A stretch of DNA of 64,000 nt from a virus (IMGVR_UViG_2585428004_000001:55987-119986), one strand, 5' to 3'; shown: positions 40,038-50,061, counted from the first letter of the stretch. Notes: generated from the letters alone by a model not told the origin. Numbers and translations are program-made.

Positions 40038-41027
40038 TTAAGCAGAAATCTTGTAGATTCCGTAGATAGCAGATTGCATTACACCTACACCAAATTGTTT
40101 TTGGATTTGGTATTCCATTTGTTGGTCGTTACGGTCGCCTGCTCCTGCTGTTTCAAGCATGTACGCTTCGCCTTCAATAAGGATTTTTACAATCTTATCT
40201 CCTTCTGGAATTACTAAAAGCATGTTGTCATCAACGAAGAACTCGTCAGTGCCAATTTTGTGAGCCTGTGGAAGTAAGTACATGTCAGTACCGCTTACAG
40301 TGTCGATGTAACCAACTTGGTTCATCTTCTCTTTCATGCCGTCTGATAAGTTAAGAGTCTTAGATACTTTACGAAGTGCTTTCTTAGTGCCGAAGATTAC
40401 AGCTTTCTTACCAGATTTAGCTTCAACGTGCTGTACCATATCGAATAAAGCATCGTCAGCTAGAGTACCAGTTACACCATAAGTTGCATTTAACGCAGTG
40501 TAAGACTCAGCGATAGCTTGGTAGATTTTAGTTCCCATGAAGTGAGCGAATGACTCAGCTACACGGTTAATCATACCTGCCCAATCGATACGACCTGCAA
40601 TGAACATGTCAAGCTCGTCAAAGATTTTAACTCCGTATTTCTCAGTCTCAACTGTGAAACGTTTGTTAAGTAATTTTTGACGGCGTAAATCGTTCGTTCC
40701 ACCTGCAATACGTGCGATACGGAATAGAGATGGGTCATCAACTTTGAATGAGATTTGGTCACCTAATGGTACGTTTTTAACCTCTGCTAAGTTGTCAAAG
40801 TGAGTAGAGATTACTACACCTAAGTTTACATCTAAAGCTTCTTCAAGGATTGCGAATACACGATACATGTTTTCTCCACGGAAGCTCTTTAAGTTGAACT
40901 CTCCACCGCAAGCCTCGTTAATCATATTACGAATAGCATCTTCACCAGATACTTCATTAAACATTACTTGTTTGCCTTCATATACATCTTTTACAAGACG
41001 TTGTAAGTCAGTCATTTTTGCTTTCAC
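40038..41027 (-). CDS. Major capsid protein
   Basis: 329 aa, highly biased codons, position after scaffold and decoration genes. Confidence 0.8.
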   Translation of the reverse strand: MKAKMTDLQRLVKDVYEGKQVMFNEVSGEDAIRNMINEACGGEFNLKSFRGENMYRVFAILEEALDVNLGVVISTHFDNLAEVKNVPLGDQISFKVDDPSLFRIARIAGGTNDLRRQKLLNKRFTVETEKYGVKIFDELDMFIAGRIDWAGMINRVAESFAHFMGTKIYQAIAESYTALNATYGVTGTLADDALFDMVQHVEAKSGKKAVIFGTKKALRKVSKTLNLSDGMKEKMNQVGYIDTVSGTDMYLLPQAHKIGTDEFFVDDNMLLVIPEGDKIVKILIEGEAYMLETAGAGDRNDQQMEYQIQKQFGVGVMQSAIYGIYKISA

Positions 41028-41096
41028 AAATATTCACCTTTTTCTGTTTTATAGTTTATAGTATTTTTTAATGGTTTTGCTTAACACCAAGTGGTA

Positions 41097-41549
41097 TTAA
41101 GCAGTGATACGGATAACTACCATTTTGCCTGCAATAGCATTAACTTCGATGTCAATAACATCGCCGTGTAATCCTGTAACAGCTTCAGTAGCTTTAGCAA
41201 ATCCTGTTGGAGCAGGAACTACTTTGTCGCCTTTTTTAGCGCCACCAGATACAGCAGATTCAGAGATTGAGATAGTATTACCTGTCTCTAAAACATAAGC
41301 ACGTCCTTCTTTTCCTGCCTTTAAAACGAAGTCTAATTCGTTTGTGCGGTCTTCATAAGTTAATGGTACAGAAGCGTGGAACACTAATCCTTTTGTTACA
41401 TCTCCACTTGGAGTTGCTAAACGAGCCTCTCCATCAGCTTGTAATGCACCTAGTTCTAAGAATTGACCATTTTGTAGGTCAACGTTTGCTACGATTGATT
41501 CAATATGAGCAGTTGCTTTAATTTTGTCTAAATTAACGTAAGTTGCCAT
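41097..41549 (-). CDS. Capsid decoration/stabilising protein
   Basis: 150 aa between scaffold and capsid genes; biased codons. Confidence 0.6.
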   Translation of the reverse strand: MATYVNLDKIKATAHIESIVANVDLQNGQFLELGALQADGEARLATPSGDVTKGLVFHASVPLTYEDRTNELDFVLKAGKEGRAYVLETGNTISISESAVSGGAKKGDKVVPAPTGFAKATEAVTGLHGDVIDIEVNAIAGKMVVIRITA

Positions 41550-41585
41550 CGTATTATTTACACCCTTTCGATTTTTAAAAGTTTT

Positions 41586-43085
41586 TTATTTTGAGAAATA
41601 AGTTGATAAGCCACCATATTGGAAGCTATTTTCAGTGTTTGTTACTGGCACACGATTGTGTGTTTCCTCTGGTTGAGCAGAGAAATGGTTTTTCTTAAGA
41701 AGCATAAATCCAATTTCTTTCTCGATGTCATCCATGGAGAAGTTAGTTAGATTGTCCTTAATAGTCTGGAACTCTTCTTTCGATAGAGAAGCAGAGTATT
41801 GTGATAACTTTTGTTCTTTCTCAGCTAGTTCAATATTAGACTTGAACTCTCGTAAGCTAGTTACTTCTGTTTCAAGAGCTTCAAAGTTGTTGCGAGTTGC
41901 ATCAATAGAATTCTTTTCAGAAGCACTTAAGAACATTGGGAATAGCTCTTCATGTTCACCAATAGAAACAGCGTTTTCATGTTTCACATAGTTTACTTTG
42001 AAGTATTTTCCACTATCAGCATCTTCAACGATTGCATGGTTATCATAAACCTTAGAAACCCACATCCAAGAATCTTGGAAATCATTGTGAGAACTTAAAG
42101 CATTGTAGATTCCACTGCGAATGTCATCGTGAGAAAGTTCGAATGTACGAGAGAATTTTTTAGGCTTTTTCTTGCCTTTTTCCTCATCTTCGTCATCATC
42201 CTCAGTTTCTGGCTCTTCTGGGTCTTCATTAGAAGTCTCATCGTCAGTCTCTGAGTCTTTCCCTTTATCCTTGTCTTCATCCTCATCTTTCTTTGCTTTC
42301 TTAGCAAAGTCAGTCTCTGGCTCAAGAGCTACAGGTTCTGTTACCTCTAGTTCTTGAACTTGAGGTTCAGTGTTTTCTGGATTGTCTATAACTTTAGTCA
42401 CTTTTTCACCTTCTTTACTTGTTGTTGTGAAATGAGCGTTAAACTCAGTTAACATTGCGCTTAATTCAGTTTGGAACTTGTCTGCGAATGAGAATTTTTC
42501 GATAGTCGAGCTAATCATTGCAGGGGTAACGCCTTCACCTAAGATACATAATCCTTCGAATTTTGCTTGTGTAAATACAAACAAGCCATGTTCATCTTGA
42601 TATCCCTTAACGCTTGAATGTTGTAATTCCATAGACTGTGACTTAAAGCCACCATCCCTATCAAAGATTTCTTCAACCTCTGGGAACTTTCTCCATAGAA
42701 TACCATCGGCAACGAGATATTCACGTTCAACCCCATCTTCTCCATAACGAGTCTCAAAACGAGCGTTGTTATCTTCTGGAATCACGCCATATGCATGTCC
42801 CAGATACTTAATCTTAAACTCATTGTTTTCTACCATTAAAGCTTCTTCATGACCTTTAAAATCATCATTTCCAAGTTCGTCAACTGCGATGTAGCCAAGA
42901 ATTGGGACATTCGCTAGAGAAGGAATCATGGATTCAAGAATCTCTTTAGTAAAAATACAGCGATTTCTATTTTCGCCTTCGTGAGCAATGTAGATTTTGG
43001 TACGAACAAATCTGTCGTCCAGTACATTGCTCACCTGTTCAAATTTGACTGGCAGTCTTAAAATATCCTTATCCACCAGTTTCAC
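41586..43085 (-). CDS. Prohead protease/scaffold protein
   Basis: N-terminal protease-like domain (NRN, H, QSME, GLCILG..PAM), acidic linker, coiled-coil C-terminus. Confidence 0.75.
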   Translation of the reverse strand: MKLVDKDILRLPVKFEQVSNVLDDRFVRTKIYIAHEGENRNRCIFTKEILESMIPSLANVPILGYIAVDELGNDDFKGHEEALMVENNEFKIKYLGHAYGVIPEDNNARFETRYGEDGVEREYLVADGILWRKFPEVEEIFDRDGGFKSQSMELQHSSVKGYQDEHGLFVFTQAKFEGLCILGEGVTPAMISSTIEKFSFADKFQTELSAMLTEFNAHFTTTSKEGEKVTKVIDNPENTEPQVQELEVTEPVALEPETDFAKKAKKDEDEDKDKGKDSETDDETSNEDPEEPETEDDDEDEEKGKKKPKKFSRTFELSHDDIRSGIYNALSSHNDFQDSWMWVSKVYDNHAIVEDADSGKYFKVNYVKHENAVSIGEHEELFPMFLSASEKNSIDATRNNFEALETEVTSLREFKSNIELAEKEQKLSQYSASLSKEEFQTIKDNLTNFSMDDIEKEIGFMLLKKNHFSAQPEETHNRVPVTNTENSFQYGGLSTYFSK

Positions 43086-43094
43086 CTCCCTTCA

Positions 43095-44573
43095 CTATTC
43101 TGAATCTTTGATTCGAACTGTTGTGTCGGAGGGATTCTTTGATTCTGGTCTTCCTGCTTCCTCTGCCATAGGGTCACCACTAAGAGTGTTAGAGGTTTGT
43201 TTAGCAACCATAAAGTCATCAATTGACAGAACACGTTGTTCAAAGATTAACATGTTAGCAACTTCTATAGGTGTCATGCCTGTATATGCTAGATATTCTA
43301 AGCGAGAACCACCAAAAGTTAATTGGTCTTTAGCTGTCTTAATAGCCTCATCTCTATTAAAGTAAGAGATTGCTAAGAATTTAGCCTTCCAGATTCCACC
43401 CTTTTTACCAACCTTCTTCAACTCGTAGTTGTAGTAGTTAGCATACATAGGTAGAACAAAGCTGTAAAGCCATTGGCAATCTACTTGAATAGAACGCTCT
43501 AAGGCTTGTGAGCTAGAGTTGTCATCAGCGAATAGCTGACCAGAAACACCTGCTCCTTTATATAGACTATCAACAGTCTTATCTAGCAGAGCAAACTTAC
43601 CATCTTTACCAGTTCCATTTAATGAGACACCTTTTGTCTCGAATGGATTTGTAATGGCTACGCTACCTGCAGGAAGCGCTCGTTTTAAAGCATTGTGATA
43701 CTCTAAAACAACTGGAAGTTCCATTATTGGTCTACCCTTATCATCAGTCTGAATTTGAGAGTGAATGATTTTAGAGTTATCCAACTTATCTGTATCTTCC
43801 ATTTGGTCTTTTGCATTCTCAATTTTGATTGCATCGACTATTGCGTTAGCTAATGGTGGTAACGCTACACCGCCTTGTGAAAGGACTTCTGGGTCGATTG
43901 TAAAGGCAACGCCTTTGTCAGATACTTGATACCATTTACCATCAATTAACTTGTCAGAACCACCGTTCTTGTAAGATGCGTGTGCTGACTGTATTTCTTT
44001 TGGATAGGTTAAAATTGCGGTATCTGAAATTTTCGTTATATCCATTTGGAAGCGATGAACGCCATCCTCGATATAAGCAATTCGACACAGGTTAATAGGC
44101 ATCTCTTGATAAGCGACACCTTTTGAATCTTCCAACTTGTATTGGAATGTGATTCCCTTTGTGAACATCTTCTCTGTAAATAAAGGAAGGTTGAATTTAG
44201 GATTCAGCCTGTCCATATAGATAGCTGTTTGTGCGAATGCCATCTGCATAGCCTGTGGGTCTTCTGCAAATGCAATAGGGTTTTCCATAACAGGATAAAC
44301 GAGATGGTCGTATGTTAAGATTGAACTTAAATACTTAATGATACGCTTATACATACCATTGACCTGCTTCATTCCACTTGACAAGCCTGCAACCTGCGAT
44401 GCACTCTTGGCAGGGTCTTGAAGCATCTGTTTTAAACGAGATTCGTTAATACCCCTAATGTTTCCACTAGAACCAGAGCCACTTACTGTAGCTGATGCTG
44501 ATGCAAAGTTTCTATATGCATAGTCATTGTTTACATCGCTATTTCTATTACGATGTTTCTTTTGTTTCGCCAC
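43095..44573 (-). CDS. Portal protein
   Basis: 492 aa directly after the terminase; C-terminal GRP motif. Confidence 0.75.
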   Translation of the reverse strand: MAKQKKHRNRNSDVNNDYAYRNFASASATVSGSGSSGNIRGINESRLKQMLQDPAKSASQVAGLSSGMKQVNGMYKRIIKYLSSILTYDHLVYPVMENPIAFAEDPQAMQMAFAQTAIYMDRLNPKFNLPLFTEKMFTKGITFQYKLEDSKGVAYQEMPINLCRIAYIEDGVHRFQMDITKISDTAILTYPKEIQSAHASYKNGGSDKLIDGKWYQVSDKGVAFTIDPEVLSQGGVALPPLANAIVDAIKIENAKDQMEDTDKLDNSKIIHSQIQTDDKGRPIMELPVVLEYHNALKRALPAGSVAITNPFETKGVSLNGTGKDGKFALLDKTVDSLYKGAGVSGQLFADDNSSSQALERSIQVDCQWLYSFVLPMYANYYNYELKKVGKKGGIWKAKFLAISYFNRDEAIKTAKDQLTFGGSRLEYLAYTGMTPIEVANMLIFEQRVLSIDDFMVAKQTSNTLSGDPMAEEAGRPESKNPSDTTVRIKDSE

Positions 44574-44595
44574 TACCTTACTTCACCGCCTTGTC

Positions 44596-46323
44596 TTAGA
44601 ATAAGCAGAATCCCAACATCTCGTCATCATGCATGTTTGTACGAAGAATGTCTTGCTCCAATAATGTAGCTACATAGTTACCATATCCAATGGATGAATA
44701 TCTATCTTTAGTGGTTGTTCCCACTTCTTCGATTTTGATATATCCACTAACAACTCTGTAAATAAGGTTTACGAGTTCGTTGGTTAATGCAGTAGCCTGT
44801 ACATATGGTTTAAGCAAGTAAACCTTTTCTTCTTCTGATTTTTTCAGATAGCCTTTTGATTCAATCAAATCTTCTTTTGCTTCAATATCATTCATAAGAA
44901 GTCTGATTTTTTGTTTCTCGAATGCGCTTTTTAGACCAGTAGCAACCTTGTGGTTAATTTCTGAGTTAGCTTTGATTGAGTAGATTAGAGGAATAGCATT
45001 CTTATCCATTTTCCTATCATCCATAGTCTCATCATTGATAACTGTCCAAGCAGGATACTCTACATCTCTAGCTTTGTCGTAGAGAATTTTTGTACAAGAA
45101 TCAAAGACTGCTATACCATTTCCGTTGGTATCCATAGCTACATAGTCACCTTCGAAATCATAGTATAGTTGCTTTAAGCGAATAGCCTGTAATTCTGAGT
45201 GCTGTCCAGATAAGCTTTCCATATAAACTACATCTCTTCTAAACTCGTCACCTTCTGGTAGTAGTCTCATAAGAGTGAATGCAGTTGTATCATTTTTAAC
45301 AGATTTGTTAGAACCCATTAACGCTATATCCATAGAAACTATTCTTATTTCGCCTGCTTGTTTAGGCATGTTTGATAGTTTCTTACGAGTACCTTTAGCC
45401 TCAACAAAATCTCTATCCGTTGGTGGATAGAATGCTTTTGGAAGAGTTCTACACTTCTGGATATCATCCAATTTAAAGTAGGCATTTTCATTTTCGCCTA
45501 CGAAGAGAGCCTCATATTCCATCGCCCAAGACATCTCGTCAAAGTCTTCTTCTGTTCTTTGCTGTTCTACACGCTTCTTAGAAAGTAGTCTATGGAAAAC
45601 AGAAAGTTGCCATGGTAAAACTGCAACGAAGTAATCCTTCCCTGCGAGCATCCCATTTAGATAAGATTTAAAGGAATCCCATATCCAATGGTTTTTATAC
45701 CAAGCTGAAGAAATATAAATCTCTTTATTCTCTTCTGATAGATGAGCATATTTTGGGTTTTGTAGATAAGGAGGTGTTCTGTTTACGTTAAGGAATGGCT
45801 TTAATATCTCGTCAATAGTCTTTTTTGAAATTAAACGAAACTCGTCAACTATTAATATATTTGCCCTGTAACCCCTAGCGTTATCCGATGAAGGTACGGC
45901 GGTTATCTTAGAACCATTTGTAAATAGAACATAGGTCTCGTTTGCACTAGTCTTAAACTCTGCTATCTCTCTGGCGACATTTGCCGAGTCGTTCTTGAGC
46001 TTCAATATCTTTTCAGTGATAATTAATCGAGCTTGTCCTTTTGTTCCACTAGCTAAAACAATGTTAGAACTAGGGTACAGGATTGCTCTTATAACGCAGT
46101 ATAAAGCGATTAGGTAGGATTTACCTTGCCCTCTGGCGGCGATATACATAAAGAAGTTGTACTTGTTCATAGCCCAAAGTAACAGCTTCTGATAAAGGAA
46201 TAAGTTAACTCCTAAGTAATCCTTGGCAAACCTGTGAGGATTTGCTCTATAAAAGGCTGTCCATATTTTGAAGCCTTGTCTTAATTTGTCTTGTGGTTGG
46301 GTTTTCTTCTTTTTAACAGCCAT
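44596..46323 (-). CDS. terL: Terminase large subunit
   Basis: Walker A AARGQGKS, Walker B ILIVDE, ISSA motif, C-terminal nuclease (SMDIA..KDRYS). Confidence 0.9.
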   Translation of the reverse strand: MAVKKKKTQPQDKLRQGFKIWTAFYRANPHRFAKDYLGVNLFLYQKLLLWAMNKYNFFMYIAARGQGKSYLIALYCVIRAILYPSSNIVLASGTKGQARLIITEKILKLKNDSANVAREIAEFKTSANETYVLFTNGSKITAVPSSDNARGYRANILIVDEFRLISKKTIDEILKPFLNVNRTPPYLQNPKYAHLSEENKEIYISSAWYKNHWIWDSFKSYLNGMLAGKDYFVAVLPWQLSVFHRLLSKKRVEQQRTEEDFDEMSWAMEYEALFVGENENAYFKLDDIQKCRTLPKAFYPPTDRDFVEAKGTRKKLSNMPKQAGEIRIVSMDIALMGSNKSVKNDTTAFTLMRLLPEGDEFRRDVVYMESLSGQHSELQAIRLKQLYYDFEGDYVAMDTNGNGIAVFDSCTKILYDKARDVEYPAWTVINDETMDDRKMDKNAIPLIYSIKANSEINHKVATGLKSAFEKQKIRLLMNDIEAKEDLIESKGYLKKSEEEKVYLLKPYVQATALTNELVNLIYRVVSGYIKIEEVGTTTKDRYSSIGYGNYVATLLEQDILRTNMHDDEMLGFCLF

Positions 46324-47157
46324 TAGTCTTCACCATCGAGCTTCTTGATGTCTTCGTCTTTGATTCTTCCAAAGACACGTTGCATCTGTACAATGAACCA
46401 TCGTTCAACATACTTATGGATACCATCAACATCTTTAAACTCTTCCTGCTGTTCTGAGATTGGCTCTTTATCCTCAATGAGTCGAATCCATTCTCCCCAA
46501 CTTGCTAATGCACCATCTTGTGATGCTGATTTAACTTGAACTGGCTTAATGTTTGCATCCTGCATCTGTGTGGATAAGGTCTTCATCATCTTTTCATATC
46601 TGTTTGAATCCCCATCTTCTTTGGCTTTGTTCGCCATCCACTGAGTTGTAGCCATGTTCTTGAAGAGTCTTTCTTGGAACGCATCTTCTGCGAATTCTCC
46701 ACCCAAGGCTGTGAACTCTTCTTCAAGGAAGATATAATCTTCTAGTTCGAGGTTTCTACCCCATTTTTTAACTATGGCATCGGTTAATTCGAAGTCATCA
46801 TAGTCAATGTCAACAAGTTCAGCTTTGTTAGTCTTTCCAGTGATATCGTCACTGTCCTTGAATCTTAACTCCTTATTCTGTTTAAGCGAGTTTAAGTTCT
46901 TCAAGTATGTTCCTATTGTTTCTGTATTGGCTTCGTTAGCCATCCTCCAGAATTCCTTGAGATAAGGAATATCCATTGTTCGTAGAAAATCATACAGTGT
47001 GTTCATGTCATCAAGATTGACATTCTCCCTTACACACTTTTTACAGAATCCAAATCTCTCATTAATCAATGAGTTTCTATGAGAATAGAAGCTAGATACC
47101 GCATAGTCATTACCGCATTTCAAACAGGTTTTCTTTTCTGATGTCGTTTTCGCCATC
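46323..47157 (-). CDS. Zn-finger protein, putative terminase small subunit
   Basis: CxxC..CxxC N-terminus, coupled to terL; start at the Met after AGGGG. Confidence 0.55.
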
Positions 47158-47215
47158 GTATCACCCCTTAAATGAAACACGTTAAAAGGAAGGGTTGTCG
47201 CCCTTCCTGCAGTTG

Positions 47216-47641
47216 TTATTTATTGATAATTTCAACCAATGACTGATAAATATCAGTTGGTCGTGTAAGTTCTATTACTTTAAGGCAGTCGCCTTTTTTC
47301 AAAAATTTCTCTCTAATTGCTTGCGGTAAGTAGTACGGTAGAATCAAGATGTCAGTTTCATGAAGTTTAATTCTTCCATCTTCTGTATAGATATTTTCAA
47401 CAAAGAATGCTGAGCATTCTACACTAGAAGAGATGATAAGATATTCACCTTCTGTTTTAATAGAGACTTCCTCATAACCTGACGTATTGATATCTTTTAG
47501 CAACTCAAGCGCATCACGTCTATCTAATACAATGGTTAAATCTTGATGAGTTTCACCAAAGTTATGACCATTGAACAGGTAAGCAATGTGGTTTAGAGTG
47601 TTCTCGATAGAGTTTGATTTTACTTGATACTGTTCCATCAC
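47216..47641 (-). CDS. Hypothetical protein
   Basis: 141-aa ORF with GAGGTG RBS. Confidence 0.7.
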   Translation of the reverse strand: MMEQYQVKSNSIENTLNHIAYLFNGHNFGETHQDLTIVLDRRDALELLKDINTSGYEEVSIKTEGEYLIISSSVECSAFFVENIYTEDGRIKLHETDILILPYYLPQAIREKFLKKGDCLKVIELTRPTDIYQSLVEIINK

Positions 47642-47802
47642 TTAGCACCTCTTAATAGGAATAATGAATAAGTGATATTCTTTTGCATCTCTGTATATCG
47701 TTGTAAATCAGAGATTTGCTTAATGTCTATATTTTTTGTTTGTGTAATTTCGTCAATCTTGTTCTGGATGTAAGCGAAATTATTCAATAGATTTTGTTCC
47801 AT
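47638..47802 (-). CDS. Small hypothetical protein (54 aa, MEQNLLNNFAYIQ...)
   Basis: Read manually; GAGAGGG RBS; stop overlaps the next start. Confidence 0.6.
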   Translation of the reverse strand: MEQNLLNNFAYIQNKIDEITQTKNIDIKQISDLQRYTEMQKNITYSLFLLRGAK

Positions 47803-48117
47803 ATATTCTTGCCCTCTCTCTCAAAGTTGGGTGCGAACTACAGTGCGTTAGGCTGTGTGAAGTTATAAAAACTTCACAACAAGGCAAAAAGGATTTTGCG
47901 AGATAACGAGTGCAACTAAAATAAATAACACTAACACAAAGGAGGCAATGGTGATGTGTCTTCACACACCCTGCCGCACTGTAGCAAGCTGTCATGTCTT
48001 GGTGTCCTTGGACAATCCAAGATTGGTCACTTTTGACCTGTCATTAATGGCTTCTTGAGCCAATCTTCATTCATATTAAATTGTCAAATTCTCGGAGGGC
48101 AGGTAAGCCCATAATAG

Positions 48118-48204
48118 TGGTGGGAAAGGCAGGATTTGAACCTGCAATGTCTCTTACGTCACGGTTTTACAGACCGCTTGCTTCACCAATTTGCATACTC
48201 GCCC
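48118..48204 (-). tRNA. tRNA-Tyr(GTA)
   Basis: Cloverleaf with long variable arm, loop CT-GTA-AA, encoded CCA. Confidence 0.9.
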
Positions 48205-48207
48205 ATG

Positions 48208-48321
48208 TGGCGGTAACAAACAAGAAAAGGAATCTTCTTGTGGGATATCTTCTGTGTCAGACCATTCTTTTCCACTACTACGAATTAGCAGTGCCTTCAC
48301 AGCAAGGCTCATCTAGTTACC
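48208..48321 (-). ncRNA. CCA-ended structured RNA with tRNA-like acceptor stem and non-tRNA interior
   Basis: GGTAAC/GTTACC-G-CCA closing stem, two 5' hairpins and a long stem. Confidence 0.45.
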
Positions 48322-48367
48322 TTTTGATGAGGTAGTAAACTGTCAAATCGAATTACACTAAGGTAAA

Positions 48368-48439
48368 AGGGGTATAAGGGAATCGAACCCTTGTCATCTG
48401 GTTGGAAGCCAGAGATAATAACCTCTATACGAATATCCC
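48368..48439 (-). tRNA. tRNA-Gly(TCC)
   Basis: TCTGG-CTTCCAA-CCAGA anticodon arm, TTCGATT T-loop, no encoded CCA. Confidence 0.8.
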
Positions 48440-48506
48440 GTGGAGGGAGTGACCTACTCCCAAAATCAACGTATTAAAAATAAAAAGATAGTTGGAGACT
48501 ATCAAA

Positions 48507-48578
48507 GGCGGGTGGCAGGATTCGAACCTGCGTTGCCTGCATCCCAAATGCAGTGACTGACCTCTAGCCTACACCCAC
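48507..48578 (-). tRNA. tRNA-Pro(TGG)
   Basis: CTGCA-TTTGGGA-TGCAG anticodon arm, TTCGAAT T-loop. Confidence 0.8.
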
Positions 48579-48679
48579 ATAAAGAGGCGAGCGTTATTCA
48601 ACATTCCCCTCAGACATGTCATTTGAAAATGTGCAATTAAGCACTGGCGACATTGGCGTTAGCCTATGTGCCTTAGATA

Positions 48680-48767
48680 AGGAAAAGACAGGACTCGAAC
48701 CTGCGCCACTAATAATAGTGCTAACTGTTTAGCAAACAGTCCTCTTAACCAACTTGAGTACCTTTCC
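48680..48767 (-). tRNA. tRNA-Ser(GCT)
   Basis: ACTGT-TTGCTAA-ACAGT anticodon arm, long variable arm. Confidence 0.85.
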
Positions 48768-48772
48768 ATAAG

Positions 48773-48848
48773 CTTCGGTGGAAGGGGTCGACCCCTTCCA
48801 CGCTCTAGGGTCAAAGCCTAGCGACTTTACCAATTTGTCTACACCGAA
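48773..48848 (-). tRNA. tRNA-Gln(TTG), atypical T-loop
   Basis: CTAGG-CTTTGAC-CCTAG anticodon arm; T-loop GTCGACC instead of TTCGA. Confidence 0.75.
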
Positions 48849-48854
48849 ATAATG

Positions 48855-48944
48855 TGGCAGAGGGTGTGGGATTCGAACCCACGCAGGCTTTTACACCCCT
48901 GCTAGTTTTCAAGACTAGTCTCTTAACCGCTTGAGTAACCCTCT
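48855..48944 (-). tRNA. tRNA-Ser(TGA)
   Basis: Canonical cloverleaf with long variable arm and CCA. Confidence 0.92.
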
Positions 48945-48983
48945 ATAAAAGCCCTATTGCTAGGGCTTGTCTAATTAAAATTA

Positions 48984-49100
48984 TTAATCACAGCTGCCAA
49001 AGCTACCAGAGTCACATGAACCAGAATCGCTTCCAGTATCATAGATGATAATTGGTGATGGTGATGGTGAACTTGGTCGTGGTCTACGTTTTGTTGTCAT
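48984..49100 (-). CDS. 38-aa Ser/Pro/Gly/Cys-rich peptide (MTTKRRPRPSSPSPSPIIIYDTGSDSGSCDSGSFGSCD)
   Basis: Read manually; AGGAGG RBS; followed by a terminator hairpin at 48948-48968. Confidence 0.65.
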   Translation of the reverse strand: MTTKRRPRPSSPSPSPIIIYDTGSDSGSCDSGSFGSCD

Positions 49101-49113
49101 AGTAGATATCCTC

Positions 49114-49458
49114 CTAGTTCTGAATCTTATCAGTTAATTGGTCGATACTAGCAAAGATTGTATCAGCTTGTTTCAATGCATTTACTACTTGACCTTGATT
49201 ATTATTAATTTGTTGTACCAAATTTTGGAATTGCATAGCAATCATTGGAACTTCTTGCTGTAACATAGAAGCCATTTGAGTAAGTTGACTCTCAATGTAA
49301 TCCAATTGTTGAACTGCCATATTAGCGTTTTGAATAGTTAATCTACCAGAATTCACCTGTGCATCAATCTGGTCTGCTACTCGTGCGCTCTTCATTCCTG
49401 TACCAAACATACCTAATCCATTACTTCCAAACATAGTTATTTCCTCTCTCTCACTCAT
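49114..49458 (-). CDS. Hypothetical Gln-rich helical protein
   Basis: ORF; the start is probably the second Met after GAGAGGA. Confidence 0.7.
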   Translation of the reverse strand: MSEREEITMFGSNGLGMFGTGMKSARVADQIDAQVNSGRLTIQNANMAVQQLDYIESQLTQMASMLQQEVPMIAMQFQNLVQQINNNQGQVVNALKQADTIFASIDQLTDKIQN

Positions 49459-49464
49459 ATAGTT

Positions 49465-49740
49465 TTATTTTAAGAACTCATTAATTTTGTTTTTAAATGA
49501 TACTGCTTGTGATTTCTTAGCTTCTGCTTCACGAATCACATTTTCTAATTCAGCGATTTTTGCTTGTGCTTCCTCGATAACTGCATCAACTTTCTTTTCA
49601 GACAGTTCAGCTTCTTCTAAAGCAGTAGCAAATGATGATTGTGCTGAGTCAATCCATTTTTGTGCTTTAGCAATTTCTTTCGAATGTGCTTTAGCATACT
49701 TTCCTAATAATGCCATCAAAATTGTTTTTAAGTAATTCAC
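49465..49740 (-). CDS. Hypothetical coiled-coil protein
   Basis: 91-aa ORF with GGGG RBS. Confidence 0.75.
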   Translation of the reverse strand: MNYLKTILMALLGKYAKAHSKEIAKAQKWIDSAQSSFATALEEAELSEKKVDAVIEEAQAKIAELENVIREAEAKKSQAVSFKNKINEFLK

Positions 49741-49771
49741 TTAATTCCCCACTCTCTCAGTAAAATTTATA

Positions 49772-49847
49772 TGGCGAGGCTGATGGGATTCGAACCCACG
49801 ACCTTCTGCGTGACAGGCAGACGAACACTCCGCTGTTCTACAGCCCC
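49772..49847 (-). tRNA. tRNA-Asp(GTC)
   Basis: Canonical 76-nt cloverleaf with CCA. Confidence 0.93.
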
Positions 49848-49958
49848 ATGATTAAAAGGCTCAGAGTGTCGTAGGCTCTGAGCCAAGGAGGTAGGAGGTA
49901 TTTCATTAACTATGAAAAAAATAATGTGTGATAAATTTGGTGGGCAATGCCCATAATA

Positions 49959-50061
49959 TGGAGTTCTGTAGGTGGGAGTCGAACCCACATGATAAATACT
50001 TGACCCTTTCTATCCCTTTGGGATTACTCGAACCTTTCAATATCGCTGACCTTCACAGAAC
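49959..50061 (-). ncRNA. tRNA-like RNA with acceptor stem, T-arm and CCA but no canonical D or anticodon arm
   Basis: GTTCTGTG/TACAGAAC-T-CCA and GTGGG-TTCGACT-CCCAC. Confidence 0.6.

Noticed and set aside
17411-43365. Many short ORFs antisense to or nested in the structural genes
   Set aside because: Shadow frames of long, well-supported minus-strand genes.
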